A stretch of 52,857 nucleotides of DNA from Bacillota bacterium (GTDB lineage Bacteria; Bacillota; Clostridia; Oscillospirales; Acutalibacteraceae), in the NCBI GenBank assembly GCA_029007015.1, contig JAQXHB010000111.1, positions 1 through 52,857 on the forward strand. Reading direction: 5' to 3'. Of this stretch, positions 16,698-26,907 are shown piece by piece. The notes beneath the pieces were generated by a model. That model saw only the letters and a program-made list of their open reading frames with translations, searched no databases and had not been told where the DNA came from. How positions within the stretch are numbered: position 1 is the first letter of the stretch; the number at the start of each line of letters is the position of its first letter. Made by a program: the position numbers and the translations under genes.

Positions 16698-18032
16698 ATG
16701 TTAGAAGATATTTTACAACTGCTTGAACAAAAAGAATATGCGGCAGTCAGGCAACAACTGAGCACCCTTAACCCCATCGACACGGCCGTCATGCTGGAAG
16801 AAGCAAACGAGCGGCAGACCCTCATCATATTCCGTCTGCTGCCCAAGGAACTGGCGGCAAATACATTCGTTGAACTGTCAGCAGACCGCCAGGAGGCGCT
16901 CATCAAGGCTTTCAGCGACAGCGAGTTGGAGGAGGTTATCGACGAGTTATACCTCGACGATGCCGTCGACATTATTGAAGAAATGCCGGCAAATGTGGTG
17001 GCTCGCATACTGCGTCACACCGACGCCGACACTCGCATGCGCATTAACGAAGTGCTCAACTACCCCGACGACTGCGCCGGCAGTCTGATGACCATTGAGT
17101 ATGTCAGCCTGCGCGCCGATGTGACCGTCGCTGATGCCTTTTTGACCATTCGGCGCACCGGTATCGACAAAGAGACCATCTACACCTGCTATGTTGTCGG
17201 GCCCGACCGTCGGCTGATGGGCGTAGTGACGGCCAAGGCGCTGATGCTGGCCGACCCCGACAGCCTGATCAGCGAAATAATGGACACAAATGTCATCAGC
17301 GTGGGCACCCTTGAGGACAAGGAAGTGGTGGCGCAGACCTTCAGCAAGTACGACATGCTGGCACTGCCGGTGGTTGACGGCGAAAACAGGTTGGTCGGCA
17401 TTGTAACGGTTGACGACGCCATTGATGTCATGGAGGAGGAAGCCACCGAGGATATCGAAATGATGGCGGCCATTACGCCGACCGACAAGCCGTACATGAA
17501 AACCGGCGTGTTTGAAACCTGGCGCAAGCGTATTCCGTGGCTGTTGCTGCTCATGATATCAGCCACTTTCACCGGCAGTATCATTCAGTCATTCGAAGGC
17601 GCACTGGCGGCGTATGTGGTGCTGACCGCCTTCATCCCGATGCTGATGGACACCGGAGGCAACTCGGGCAGTCAGGCCAGCGTTTCGGTCATACGCGCAC
17701 TATCGCTGGGCGATGTTGAGACGCGTGATATTTTTGCTGTAATTTGGAAAGAATTCAGGGTGGCTCTGCTGTGCGGAGTTTCGCTGGCGGCGGCCAACTT
17801 TGTCAAAATTTTGCTCGTTGACCGCGTATCCGTCAGCGTGGCCGCCGTGGTGTGCATCACCCTATCGGTGACCGTCGTGGTGGCCAAGATTATCGGGTGC
17901 ACCCTGCCGATTTTGGCCAAGGCAATCAAGTTGGACCCGGCCGTCATGGCCAGCCCGTTCATCACCACCATCGTTGACGCAGTGTCACTGCTGGTCTACT
18001 TTGCAGTTGCATCGTCGGTTTTGGGAATATAA
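16698..18032 (+). CDS. mgtE: magnesium transporter MgtE
   Basis: MgtE N-domain, tandem CBS domains, and a C-terminal 5-TM domain with PMLMDTGGNSGSQ. GGAGG RBS upstream of the ATG at 16698; the TTG at 16680 is less likely. Confidence 0.95.
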   Translation: MLEDILQLLEQKEYAAVRQQLSTLNPIDTAVMLEEANERQTLIIFRLLPKELAANTFVELSADRQEALIKAFSDSELEEVIDELYLDDAVDIIEEMPANVVARILRHTDADTRMRINEVLNYPDDCAGSLMTIEYVSLRADVTVADAFLTIRRTGIDKETIYTCYVVGPDRRLMGVVTAKALMLADPDSLISEIMDTNVISVGTLEDKEVVAQTFSKYDMLALPVVDGENRLVGIVTVDDAIDVMEEEATEDIEMMAAITPTDKPYMKTGVFETWRKRIPWLLLLMISATFTGSIIQSFEGALAAYVVLTAFIPMLMDTGGNSGSQASVSVIRALSLGDVETRDIFAVIWKEFRVALLCGVSLAAANFVKILLVDRVSVSVAAVVCITLSVTVVVAKIIGCTLPILAKAIKLDPAVMASPFITTIVDAVSLLVYFAVASSVLGI

Positions 18033-18036
18033 AAAA

Positions 18037-18092
18037 CGCCCCTCTGCGGCGGCTAACCTTATCGGTTTGCGCACACAGAGGGGTGTGTTTTT
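18037..18092. terminator. terminator hairpin between convergent mgtE and the membrane protein gene
   Basis: CCCCTCTG ... CAGAGGGG stem with an A-run upstream and TGTGTTTTT downstream. Confidence 0.7.
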
Positions 18093-18098
18093 ATATTC

Positions 18099-18698
18099 CT
18101 ACTTTTTCTTTGGCAGGGCCATCAGGTTTTGCAGAATCTTGATTACCGCTACAACCATCAGTCCGGCCGCAACAAAGCAAACGGCATACACAACCGCCCA
18201 CATCACAGCGGCCAGCATCGACTGAACCGACACGGTCTGATAGGCGTATGTTTTGTTGAATATGGACAGAATTTGGGCAATAAATGACACAGGGGACATT
18301 GCAAACAGCAGATACGAAATGACGCGAAGTGCAATGCAGACGGTGCGCCCACTGTCGGTGTAAAGGCCGCCGCGCTGTATACTGAGCGTCATCGGCGCGA
18401 GCGGCGGGCGAATATCGGCCGCTGTGTCAGACGAGACGGGCGGCTGAACCGCATGTGCATCTTGCGGCGGAACGGAAACGGACGGAGCCGGCGCCGGCTG
18501 TGCCGCAGGGGAAAAGGCCGGCGGAGTCGCCTGCTGAGGCGGCTCAGGCTCGGTCGGAGCGGCCGTAGCGGCTTGAGACGCTGTATGTCCTGCACGCCAG
18601 TCGAACTGATTGTTCTCCAACTGCGTCGGCTGTGACGGCGCCGCAGTTTCCGGCAGTACAACGCTGACCGTATCCGTCGTTTTATCTTTTTTTGCCAT
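18099..18698 (-). CDS. hypothetical membrane protein with a Pro/Ala/Gln-rich N-terminal region and three C-terminal TM helices
   Basis: The ORF is 16 nt downstream of the serS stop. The ATG at 18698 has GGGGG 8 nt upstream (alternatives at 18704 and 18722). No recognisable family. Confidence 0.6.
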   Translation of the reverse strand: MAKKDKTTDTVSVVLPETAAPSQPTQLENNQFDWRAGHTASQAATAAPTEPEPPQQATPPAFSPAAQPAPAPSVSVPPQDAHAVQPPVSSDTAADIRPPLAPMTLSIQRGGLYTDSGRTVCIALRVISYLLFAMSPVSFIAQILSIFNKTYAYQTVSVQSMLAAVMWAVVYAVCFVAAGLMVVAVIKILQNLMALPKKK

Positions 18699-18738
18699 CG
18701 TCATTGCCCCCGATTGGTACAAATAGTCAAATAATTAC

Positions 18739-20022
18739 TTACAGTGCATTGTCGGCGGTTATACGGTCAACGCCCATGTACGGACGAAGCACCTCGGGCA
18801 CAGTGACCGAACCGTCATCGTTCTGGTAATTCTCCAGTATTGCGGCAACAGTGCGGCCGATAGCCACGCCGGAGCCGTTGAGGGTGTGAACCAGTTGCGC
18901 CTTATCCTTCGGGTCGCGCTTGAAGCGGATGGCCGCACGGCGAGCCTGGAAGTCCTCAAAGTTGGAGCAACTCGAAATCTCGACATAACGGCCGTAGGAC
19001 GGCATCCACACCTCGATATCGTAGGTCTTGGCCGATGAAAATCCGAGGTCGCCGCTGCACAGACTTACCACGCGGTATGGCAGTCCCAGCCCCTGCAAAA
19101 CGCGCTCAGCGTCATGGGTGAGCGACTCCAGTTCCTCGTATGAGTTCTCGGGGTCAGCAAACTTGACCAGTTCCACCTTGTTGAACTGGTGCTGGCGAAT
19201 GAGGCCGCGCGTGTCGCGTCCGGCTGAGCCGGCCTCGGCGCGGAAGCAGGCCGAATAGGCGCAGTACTTGATGGGCAACTGCTTGCCGTCAAGTATTTCG
19301 TCGCGGTGCATATTGGTCACCGGCACCTCGGCCGTCGGGATGAGGAAGTAGTCGTTGGTCAGTTTGAAGGCGTCCTCCTCGAACTTCGGCAATTGGCCGG
19401 TGCCCGTCATTGACGCACGGTTGACCATGAAGGGCGGAAATACCTCGGTGTAGCCGTGCTCGGTGTGGGTGTTCAGATAATAGTTTATGACAGCGCGCTC
19501 GAGGCGTGCGCCCAGCCCCTTGTAGAAGTGGAAACGGGCACCCGTAACCTTGGCGGCCGTCTCGGGGTCAAGTATGCCCAAATCGGCGCCGATGTCCCAG
19601 TGAGCCTTGGGCTCATAGTCAAACTTGGTCGGCTCGCCGCAACGGCGAACCTCCTCATTGTCGGCGTCGGATTTGCCCACCTTGACGCTATCGTGCGGAA
19701 CATTCGGTATGGTGTAGAGTATCTCCTTTTGCTTTGCCTCAAGTTCGGCCAGTTCAGCGTCCAACTCCTTGACGGCGGCGGCGCACTGCTTCATCTCAGC
19801 CAAAAGGTCGGATACATCCTTGCCCTCTTTCTTATACATGGGGATATTCTTGGAGGCGGTGTTCTGCTCTGACTTGAGCGCCTCACTCTTCATGGTGATT
19901 TCGCGGCGGCGCGCGTCAATCTCCAGCAGGCGGTCAATGGACTCGTCCAGATTGCCGCCGCGGTTGCGAACAGCCTGCTTGACCTTATCGGGATTGGCTT
20001 TGATGAATTTGATGTCTAACAT
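18739..20022 (-). CDS. serS: serine--tRNA ligase
   Basis: 427 aa; N-terminal coiled-coil arm, class II motifs ([30 protein letters not shown]). Confidence 0.97.
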   Translation of the reverse strand: MLDIKFIKANPDKVKQAVRNRGGNLDESIDRLLEIDARRREITMKSEALKSEQNTASKNIPMYKKEGKDVSDLLAEMKQCAAAVKELDAELAELEAKQKEILYTIPNVPHDSVKVGKSDADNEEVRRCGEPTKFDYEPKAHWDIGADLGILDPETAAKVTGARFHFYKGLGARLERAVINYYLNTHTEHGYTEVFPPFMVNRASMTGTGQLPKFEEDAFKLTNDYFLIPTAEVPVTNMHRDEILDGKQLPIKYCAYSACFRAEAGSAGRDTRGLIRQHQFNKVELVKFADPENSYEELESLTHDAERVLQGLGLPYRVVSLCSGDLGFSSAKTYDIEVWMPSYGRYVEISSCSNFEDFQARRAAIRFKRDPKDKAQLVHTLNGSGVAIGRTVAAILENYQNDDGSVTVPEVLRPYMGVDRITADNAL

Positions 20023-20056
20023 TTTCTATTACCGTCCTTTAATGAATTACTGTAAA

Positions 20057-20893
20057 TTATTGATTGCCGGCCAATCTGCGTGCCAGATCGGTCAGGTCAT
20101 CGTCTGAATAAAACTCAATTTCCAACTTGCCCTTGCCGTCGGAGCCGGTCACCCTGACGCGCCGTCCGAGTTCCTCCTTGAGCGCCAGTTCGACCTCTTT
20201 GTAATATCCCGCCATCGGCCGAGACTGCACATCGGCGCGGCGCGGCTTGCGCCCCACACGCTCAATGTCGCGCACGCTTGCACCGCGCAAGGCCAGTTCA
20301 AGCCCCTCCGCGCGGCTGTCACCGTCAAGATTTATCAGCGCGCGGGCGTGTCCGGCGGTGATATCGCCGCTCTTGACATGCTGTAAGATATCGTCGGGCA
20401 AGGCGAGCAGACGCAGTGCGTTTGCTACGGCGGGGCGTGATTTGCCCACGCTCTCGGCTACATCAGCCTGGGTCATGCCGAATTTGTCCATCAAATATTT
20501 GTAGCCCTCGGCCGCTTCAATGGCGTTGAGGTCCTCGCGCTGTAGGTTCTCGATAAGCGCCAGTTCCATGCACTCGGTGTCGCTCATTTCGCGTATGATG
20601 ACCGGCACACTGTCAAGTCCGGCCATGCGGCACGCGCGCCAGCGGCGCTCGCCGGCCACAATTTGGTATGTGGAGTTGGGCATCGGCCGCACGGTGATGG
20701 GCTGTAACAGCCCGTGACGGCTGATTGAATCGGCCAGTTCAGCCAACGCGTCGGCGTCAAACTCCTTGCGCGGCTGGTCGCGGTTGGGCTCGATTTCGCT
20801 CAGTCGCAAAGTGGTCGGTGACGCGGAATCGCTTGCATTGTCGCTGAACAGCGACTCAAGCCCGCGACCAAGTCCCTTCTTTTTAACAGCCAA
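20057..20893 (-). CDS. parB: chromosome partitioning protein ParB/Spo0J
   Basis: 278 aa; GLLQPITVRP, IVAGERRWRA, HTH GKSRPAVANALRLL. Confidence 0.95.
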   Translation of the reverse strand: MAVKKKGLGRGLESLFSDNASDSASPTTLRLSEIEPNRDQPRKEFDADALAELADSISRHGLLQPITVRPMPNSTYQIVAGERRWRACRMAGLDSVPVIIREMSDTECMELALIENLQREDLNAIEAAEGYKYLMDKFGMTQADVAESVGKSRPAVANALRLLALPDDILQHVKSGDITAGHARALINLDGDSRAEGLELALRGASVRDIERVGRKPRRADVQSRPMAGYYKEVELALKEELGRRVRVTGSDGKGKLEIEFYSDDDLTDLARRLAGNQ

Positions 20894-20907
20894 AAATATC
20901 TCTCCTT

Positions 20908-21672
20908 TTATCCTTGCTTATTTATAATCTCGGCGGCCAGACTGTCATAGGCCATCGCCCCTTTGTTACTGCGGTCAAAGTACTGAATGGGCTGGCCGTA
21001 ACTGGGCGCCTCGGACAGCCGCACGGTGCGCGGTATGACGGTGGAATAGACCTTTTTCGGAAAAAACCGCTTGACTTCGCTGACCACTTGCTGTGTCAAA
21101 TTAAGGCGGCCGTCATACATGGTCAGCAGCACGCCGTCCAGTTCAAGTTGCGGATTGTACCTCTGCTTGACCAGCCGTATGGTGGACATCAGTTGCGACA
21201 AGCCCTCCAGCGCGTAGTATTCGCACTGAATGGGCACAAGCACGGTGTCGCTGGCCGTCAGCGCATTGAGTGTAATAAGCCCGAGCGACGGCGGACAGTC
21301 GAGCAATATGTAATCGTAACTCTCGCGCACCAGCGACAGAGCCGTTTTGAGCACCGTTTCGCGGTGAGGCACCTCAATCATCTCGATTTCAGCCCCGGCG
21401 AGGTCCATGTTGGCAGGCACCACGCTGACCTTCTCAAATGCCGTCTGCACCGCAGTATCAGCGATGGACGCGCCATTGATGAGCACATCGTAACTGGACA
21501 GTTTGAGACCGCGCTTGTTGATGCCCAGACCGCTGGTAGAATTGCCCTGCGGGTCAATATCGACCAGCAAAACCCGTTTGCCGGCCTTGCCGAGGCCGGC
21601 GGTCAAGTTGACAGCGGTGGTCGTTTTGCCGACGCCGCCCTTTTGATTAACGACCGATATTATCTTGCCCAC
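20908..21672 (-). CDS. soj: chromosome partitioning ATPase ParA/Soj
   Basis: GTG start at 21672 with an AGGTGA RBS gives VGKIISVVNQKGGVGKTTT, the canonical Soj N-terminus. The longer ORF to 21834 has no RBS or homology logic. Confidence 0.93.
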   Translation of the reverse strand: MGKIISVVNQKGGVGKTTTAVNLTAGLGKAGKRVLLVDIDPQGNSTSGLGINKRGLKLSSYDVLINGASIADTAVQTAFEKVSVVPANMDLAGAEIEMIEVPHRETVLKTALSLVRESYDYILLDCPPSLGLITLNALTASDTVLVPIQCEYYALEGLSQLMSTIRLVKQRYNPQLELDGVLLTMYDGRLNLTQQVVSEVKRFFPKKVYSTVIPRTVRLSEAPSYGQPIQYFDRSNKGAMAYDSLAAEIINKQG

Positions 21673-21875
21673 ATTATCACCTGTAAAAAATGTTTGATTA
21701 ACATTTAGTATACCACACTTATGCGGCAATTTAAAGTCCATTTTGCCTTTTTTGGCAAAAAAAGAGCGGCCGAGCGAGATTGAGCCGTATGTAAGCGGTA
21801 AAACATGTGCCGCGGTGCAGTATAACGCCGTCAATTTGAACGGTCAGCAAGATTAAGACGCACCAAAAGGCGCCG

Positions 21876-21891
21876 TGTTTCACGTGAAACA
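21876..21891. other. parS centromere-like site, perfect 16-bp consensus
   Basis: TGTTTCACGTGAAACA matches the Firmicute parS consensus TGTTNCACGTGAAACA. Lies in the noc-soj intergenic region. Confidence 0.9.
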
Positions 21892-21903
21892 CAGCGCCGA
21901 AGT

Positions 21904-22728
21904 TTATTTGAACAGTGGCAGTTGCTGGCCGCCCTTGGGGATTATCACAGTGTATTTGATGAAATCGTCGTTTTCAACCTGGTCACAGCGCGCGTCCAGC
22001 CCTGAACGGCGCAGTGTGTCGACCGCTTTGGACAGCGTGTTGATGTAAATACGGTAGTCCTTGATTATGTGCAGGCGGACGGCCGGCTTGCGCTCGTCCT
22101 CTTTGCGCAGCAAACCGTCAATATAGCACTCGGCATCAGCCACACCCAAGCCGTTGGCGATTATGTGGTCGAGCGCTTCTACGCGCAGGCCTTCATCGTC
22201 GATTTTGAGCAGCACGCGGGCATGGCGCTCGGTCAGGCGCGCCGAAACAATGCGCTCGCGCTCGGCAGGAGACAGTTTGAGCAGACGCAATTTGTTGGCC
22301 ACCGTCGACTGCGCCTTACCGAGGCGGGCCGCCGCCTCCGACTGGGTCATGTTCCACTCGCGCATCATGCGCAATATGCCCTCGGCCTCCTCAAAAGGGG
22401 ACAAGTCCTGCCGCTGCATATTCTCAATCAGGCCGAGCAGTGCCGAGCGTCGGTCGTCGGCCGTATGTACCACACACGGAATTTCGGCCAGTCCGGCAAT
22501 TCGCGCGGCGCGCAGTCGTCTTTCACCGGCAATCAACTCGTAACAGCCGTCATCCAGCCGCCGTACGGCAATGGGTTGAAGCAGCCCGTTTTTGCGTATA
22601 GAGTCGGCCAAATTTTCCAGTTCCGCCACATCAAAACTGCGGCGCGGTTGAAACGGACTCGGCATTATCAGCCCGATAGGCACCGTTGTCAGTTTCACCT
22701 TTCTTTTCGCACTTCTGAATGTCTGCAT
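21904..22728 (-). CDS. noc: Noc-like ParB-family nucleoid occlusion protein
   Basis: The ATG at 22728 gives MQTFRSAKRKVKL...; FQPRRSF, GLLQPIAVRR, IAGERRLRAA, GKAQSTVANKLRLLKL, ITERHARVL, and a C-terminal IIPK tail as in B. subtilis Noc. Position between rsmG and soj. Confidence 0.85.
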   Translation of the reverse strand: MQTFRSAKRKVKLTTVPIGLIMPSPFQPRRSFDVAELENLADSIRKNGLLQPIAVRRLDDGCYELIAGERRLRAARIAGLAEIPCVVHTADDRRSALLGLIENMQRQDLSPFEEAEGILRMMREWNMTQSEAAARLGKAQSTVANKLRLLKLSPAERERIVSARLTERHARVLLKIDDEGLRVEALDHIIANGLGVADAECYIDGLLRKEDERKPAVRLHIIKDYRIYINTLSKAVDTLRRSGLDARCDQVENDDFIKYTVIIPKGGQQLPLFK

Positions 22729-22834
22729 AAAAAATCGCCTCACTCTGTCCTTTTGGGACAAGTATAGGGCGATTTTTGAGCAATATTCAACTGAAATCGG
22801 TCGAGCGAAAATCGGCTTTTTCTCTGTTAAACTG

Positions 22835-23551
22835 TTAAACGAGAGGGAATTTGGCAATTTTGGCCGATTTTCTGGGGTAGGCTGTCGGCGTTTGCGACCG
22901 TTTATTGACCACGGCGATACAGCGCCTGCTGCCGTCGGGCAGGGTGAAGTCGCTCGTTTTATCAAGCAGGCCGCCCATGGTCTCGATGGCCTTTTTGGCA
23001 CCGTCCAGTTCTTCGGGCAGTGACGGCCCCTTGAGCGCCACAAAACTGCCGCCCACCTTAACAAATCCAAGGCAGTACTCGCTGAGTTCGCGCATATTCG
23101 CCACAGCGCGTGCGGTGGCGAAATCGTACTGCTCGCGCATGTCGGGACGCGCCGCCGCATCCTCTGCACGCATATGAACAGCACTGACCGTCAGCGCCAG
23201 TTCATCTGCCACTGCCGACAAAAAGTTTACCCGCTTGCCGGTTGAGTCAAGGGCCGTGACCTGCATGTCGCCGCGTACGATAGCGATGGGCAGGGCAGGA
23301 AAGCCGGCGCCGCTGCCGACATCAATAAGCGACGCTCCCTCTGCCGGCTCGGCGGCGGCAAAGAAGGTCAGGCTGTCGGCAAAATGCCGCACGACAATGG
23401 CGTCGGGGTCGGTTATGGCCGTCAGGTTGAATTTTTGGTTCCACTCGAGCAACATGGCCGCATAACGGTCAAATTTGTCGGTCGCGCCGTCGGTTATCTC
23501 CACACCGAAAATGCCGGCGGTGCGCACAAGCAGTTCTTTTGAAATAATCAT
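22835..23551 (-). CDS. rsmG: 16S rRNA (guanine527-N7)-methyltransferase RsmG (GidB)
   Basis: SAM-binding [13 protein letters not shown]. The ATG at 23551 overlaps the mnmG stop (ATGA). Confidence 0.93.
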   Translation of the reverse strand: MIISKELLVRTAGIFGVEITDGATDKFDRYAAMLLEWNQKFNLTAITDPDAIVVRHFADSLTFFAAAEPAEGASLIDVGSGAGFPALPIAIVRGDMQVTALDSTGKRVNFLSAVADELALTVSAVHMRAEDAAARPDMREQYDFATARAVANMRELSEYCLGFVKVGGSFVALKGPSLPEELDGAKKAIETMGGLLDKTSDFTLPDGSRRCIAVVNKRSQTPTAYPRKSAKIAKFPLV

Positions 23552-25434
23552 TGCTTTCTCCTTTTGTCCAGCCAAATGAGCAAAACGGTTATATCAGCCG
23601 GATTGACGCCCGAAATACCCGCCGCCTGACCTATGCTGAGCGGTCGAATGGCCTTCAGTTTCTCGCGTGCCTCCAGCCGCAGGCCGACTATCTCGTCGTA
23701 ATTGATGTCATCGGGGAGGGTGCGGCGCTCAAGACGCTTAAGTTGGTTGGCGGCCGCCTGCTGGCGCTTGATATAGCCCTCATATTTTATCTCAATTTCC
23801 ACCTTTTCAATTACCGCCGCAGGGAGAGGGCCGCGCGCGCTGTCAAAGGGCGCCAGACAGCGGTAATCAAGTTGCGGGCGGCGGATGAGTTCGTCCATGC
23901 GTATGCCGGTGGTGATTGGCGATGTTTCACGTGAAACAAGCAGTTGGTTTATCTCATCGCCCGGAGCGACCACAACGCTGTGCAGACGGGCGATTTCGGC
24001 GCGCTTTTGCTCCATGCGTTTTTCAAATTTCGCCCAGTCGCCGTCACCGACCAGGCCGATTTCGCGGCCAATCGGCATCAGCCGTTCATCGGCATTGTCC
24101 TGCCGCAAAAGCAGTCGGTATTCACTGCGGCTGGTCATCATACGATAGGGGTCGGTGCAGCCTTTGGTAACCATGTCGTCGATGAGTGTGCCGATATAGG
24201 AGTCGGCGCGCGAAAGCACCAGAGGCGGTTTGCCCTGCACCGACAGCGCGGCGTTAATGCCGGCGACAAGGCCTTGCGCGGCCGCCTCCTCATAACCCGA
24301 CGAGCCGTTGAACTGTCCGGCGCCAAACAGCCCGGGTATGTCCTTGAACTCAAGGGTCGCCTTGAGCGCAGTCGGGTCAACGCAGTCGTACTCGATGGCG
24401 TAGGCGGTGCGCATCATCTGCACATGCTCCAGGCCCGGAATGGTGCGGTACATCTGCAGCTGCACATCCTCGGGCAGGGAACTCGATGCGCCCTGAAGGT
24501 ACATTTCCTCGGTGTTTAAGCCGCACGGCTCGATAAAGAGTTGGTGGCGCTTCTTGTCCGGAAAATGCACAATCTTGTCCTCCAGACTGGGGCAATAGCG
24601 CGGGCCCACGCCTTCAATCTTGCCTGAATAGAGGGGAGAGCGGTCAATATTGTCCAGGATAACCTGCTTGGTTTTCTCATTTGTATATGTGATGTGGCAA
24701 ACCGCCTTGTTTTGCACCCGACCGTCTGACGAAAAAGACAGCGGAGACAAATTTTCATCGCCCGGCTGAATCTCCAGCACGGAAAAGTCGATGCTTGCTC
24801 GGTCAATTCTGGCCGGAGTGCCCGTCTTGAACCGTCGCAAAGGCAGTCCCAGCCGCTTAAGCGACTCGGCCAATTCGGTCGCCGGAAAGACGCCGTCAGG
24901 CCCGCTTTCGTAACTGGTGTCGCCAATGTAAACCCGCCCGCCGAGGAAGGTGCCGGTTGCGACAATGACTGCGGCGGCGGTATAAACCGCGCCCAGCCGA
25001 GTCACCAGCCGCCAGCCGTCGCCGTCGCGCTCGACAGCCACAATCTCGGCCTGCTTAAGGTCCAGCCCCGACTGCAACTCAAGCGCGTGTTTCATATATG
25101 CGCTGTAATCGCGTCGGTCGACCTGAGCTCGCGGGCTGTGCACCGCCGGCCCCTTACCGGTATTGAGCATGCGCAGTTGTATCATCGTTGCGTCTGCGGC
25201 GCGCGCCATCTCGCCGCCAAGGGCGTCAATTTCCCGCACAAGGTGTCCCTTGGCCGAGCCGCCGATAGCGGGATTGCACGGGCAGTTGCCCACCCAGTCC
25301 ATATTTATCGTAAACACCGCCGTGCGGCATCCCAGGCGCGCGGATGCCAGTCCCGCCTCGATTCCGGCGTGTCCGGCGCCGATGACGGCTATGTCGTAAC
25401 CATCCAAATAATACTGCTTGTCCAACTTATCCAC
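23548..25434 (-). CDS. mnmG: tRNA uridine 5-carboxymethylaminomethyl modification enzyme MnmG (GidA)
   Basis: 628 aa; FAD motif [39 protein letters not shown]. Confidence 0.97.
   Translation of the reverse strand: MDKLDKQYYLDGYDIAVIGAGHAGIEAGLASARLGCRTAVFTINMDWVGNCPCNPAIGGSAKGHLVREIDALGGEMARAADATMIQLRMLNTGKGPAVHSPRAQVDRRDYSAYMKHALELQSGLDLKQAEIVAVERDGDGWRLVTRLGAVYTAAAVIVATGTFLGGRVYIGDTSYESGPDGVFPATELAESLKRLGLPLRRFKTGTPARIDRASIDFSVLEIQPGDENLSPLSFSSDGRVQNKAVCHITYTNEKTKQVILDNIDRSPLYSGKIEGVGPRYCPSLEDKIVHFPDKKRHQLFIEPCGLNTEEMYLQGASSSLPEDVQLQMYRTIPGLEHVQMMRTAYAIEYDCVDPTALKATLEFKDIPGLFGAGQFNGSSGYEEAAAQGLVAGINAALSVQGKPPLVLSRADSYIGTLIDDMVTKGCTDPYRMMTSRSEYRLLLRQDNADERLMPIGREIGLVGDGDWAKFEKRMEQKRAEIARLHSVVVAPGDEINQLLVSRETSPITTGIRMDELIRRPQLDYRCLAPFDSARGPLPAAVIEKVEIEIKYEGYIKRQQAAANQLKRLERRTLPDDINYDEIVGLRLEAREKLKAIRPLSIGQAAGISGVNPADITVLLIWLDKRRKQ
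23923..23938. other. second perfect parS site, inside the mnmG coding sequence
   Basis: TGTTTCACGTGAAACA; on the coding strand it encodes ..VSRET.. of MnmG. Confidence 0.85.
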
Positions 25435-25453
25435 CTATATATTGTATATTGAT

Positions 25454-26818
25454 TTATTTACCTACACAAAATCTGCTAAATACATCATCAATTACCGAGT
25501 CGGAAACACATTCGCCGGTCAACTCGGCCAGCGCCGTCAGCCCGTCCGAGATGCACACCCCGACAGCGTCGATTGTCACGCCTGAAGCGGCGGCGTCAAT
25601 GGCCGCAGAGAGATGCTCACGGCAGCGAACACAGCAGTCGCGCTGGCGCTCGCTTTGCAGCAGGGGAGCCGACGGGTCGATTTTCCACCTTTCGGCCACG
25701 GCGGCAACAGCGGCGGCAATCTCGTCGGTGCCAAGCCCACTGCCGGCGGCAACGGTAACAGTGCAGTCGACGGCCGCCTCGATTGCTCCGCGCTCAATAA
25801 TTTGCGGCAAGTCAGCCTTGTTGATTATGGCCACACACGGCTTGCCGTCAAGGGCCGACAAAAGCCGGCGGTCGTCCTCGTCAAGCGCCCGCGAGCCGTC
25901 AAAAACCGCTATCGCCAGTTGGCATCGGCGCAGGCGGCTGTCGGCCATATCGACGCCGATACGCTCGACCTCGTCGGCGGTATCGTGCAGTCCGGCGGTG
26001 TCGCTCAGACGCAGTTTGACCTCGCCCAGCATCACCGACTCCTCGATGACATCGCGCGTCGTACCGGCAACATCGGTCACAATCGACCGCCGACAGCCGA
26101 CCAGCAAATTCATCACCGTCGACTTGCCGACATTGGGCTTGCCGACAATGGCCGTATCAATTCCTTCGCGCATCAGACGGCCGCTCTCAAATCCGGCAAT
26201 CAGACGCTCCAGTTTGCCGTCCACCTCGCGTAGGCCGCTTACCAGTCCATCGGCGGTGACATACGGCACATCTTCGTCGGGAAAGTCAACCCATGCGGCG
26301 ATGTCGGCTGACAGCGACACCAACCGGTCGCGGCAATCGGTCACCGCATCGTACACAGCGCCCTGCCGTCCGGCCAGCGCGGCCGCATGTTCCTCGCGCG
26401 ACTGCGCGCCGATAAGGTTCATCACCGACTCGGCCTCGGACAAATCGAGTTTGCCGTTCAAAAAGGCGCGGCGCGTAAACTCGCCAGCCTCGGCCTGGCG
26501 GGCGCCGGCGGCTATCGCGGCGCGCAGTACGCGTCGCAAAATATACACACCGCCGTGACAACTCAGTTCCACCGTGTCATCGCCAGTGTAAGAATGGGGC
26601 GCAGCAAACCGAAGGGCGACGCACTCGTCGATGACGCCGTCTGTATCATGCACATGACCGAACAGGGCCGTATAGCCGGCTATTTCACTCAGTTTGCGGC
26701 CGCCGACCGAGTCGAAAATACGCTCGGCGATGTCGACGGCGGCGGCACCGCTGATGCGCACCACGCCCAGTCCGGCGCCGGCCAGCGGCGTAGACACCGC
26801 CGCGATGGTATCGTTCAT
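25454..26818 (-). CDS. mnmE: tRNA modification GTPase MnmE (TrmE)
   Basis: MNDTIAAVSTP N-terminus, G-domain GKPNVGKST / DTAG / NKAD, C-terminal CVGK. The ATG at 26818 is preferred; the ATG at 26851 lacks an RBS. Confidence 0.93.
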   Translation of the reverse strand: MNDTIAAVSTPLAGAGLGVVRISGAAAVDIAERIFDSVGGRKLSEIAGYTALFGHVHDTDGVIDECVALRFAAPHSYTGDDTVELSCHGGVYILRRVLRAAIAAGARQAEAGEFTRRAFLNGKLDLSEAESVMNLIGAQSREEHAAALAGRQGAVYDAVTDCRDRLVSLSADIAAWVDFPDEDVPYVTADGLVSGLREVDGKLERLIAGFESGRLMREGIDTAIVGKPNVGKSTVMNLLVGCRRSIVTDVAGTTRDVIEESVMLGEVKLRLSDTAGLHDTADEVERIGVDMADSRLRRCQLAIAVFDGSRALDEDDRRLLSALDGKPCVAIINKADLPQIIERGAIEAAVDCTVTVAAGSGLGTDEIAAAVAAVAERWKIDPSAPLLQSERQRDCCVRCREHLSAAIDAAASGVTIDAVGVCISDGLTALAELTGECVSDSVIDDVFSRFCVGK

Positions 26819-26854
26819 ACCCTCAAGCACTCTGATTTGCCCCCTTTGCATTTA

Positions 26855-26897
26855 CAAAAAAGAGGGACTGTCGGCGCGCGCCGCTAAGTCCCCCTCG
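26855..26897 (-). terminator. rho-independent terminator after jag
   Basis: Minus strand GAGGGGGACT ... AGTCCCTC hairpin followed by TTTTTT. Confidence 0.75.
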
Positions 26898-26907
26898 TTA
26901 AACTCTA

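Noticed and set aside
16529-17008. 159-aa ORF antisense to the 5' part of mgtE
   Set aside because: Ser/Ala-rich shadow ORF overlapping the mgtE leader and CDS, with no start signals.
22729-23184. A 152-codon N-terminal extension of the noc ORF that overlaps rsmG
   Set aside because: The extension is antisense-shadow-like (Arg/Pro/Cys/Trp-rich) and overlaps the well-supported rsmG CDS. A proper RBS and a Noc-like N-terminus occur at the ATG at 22728.
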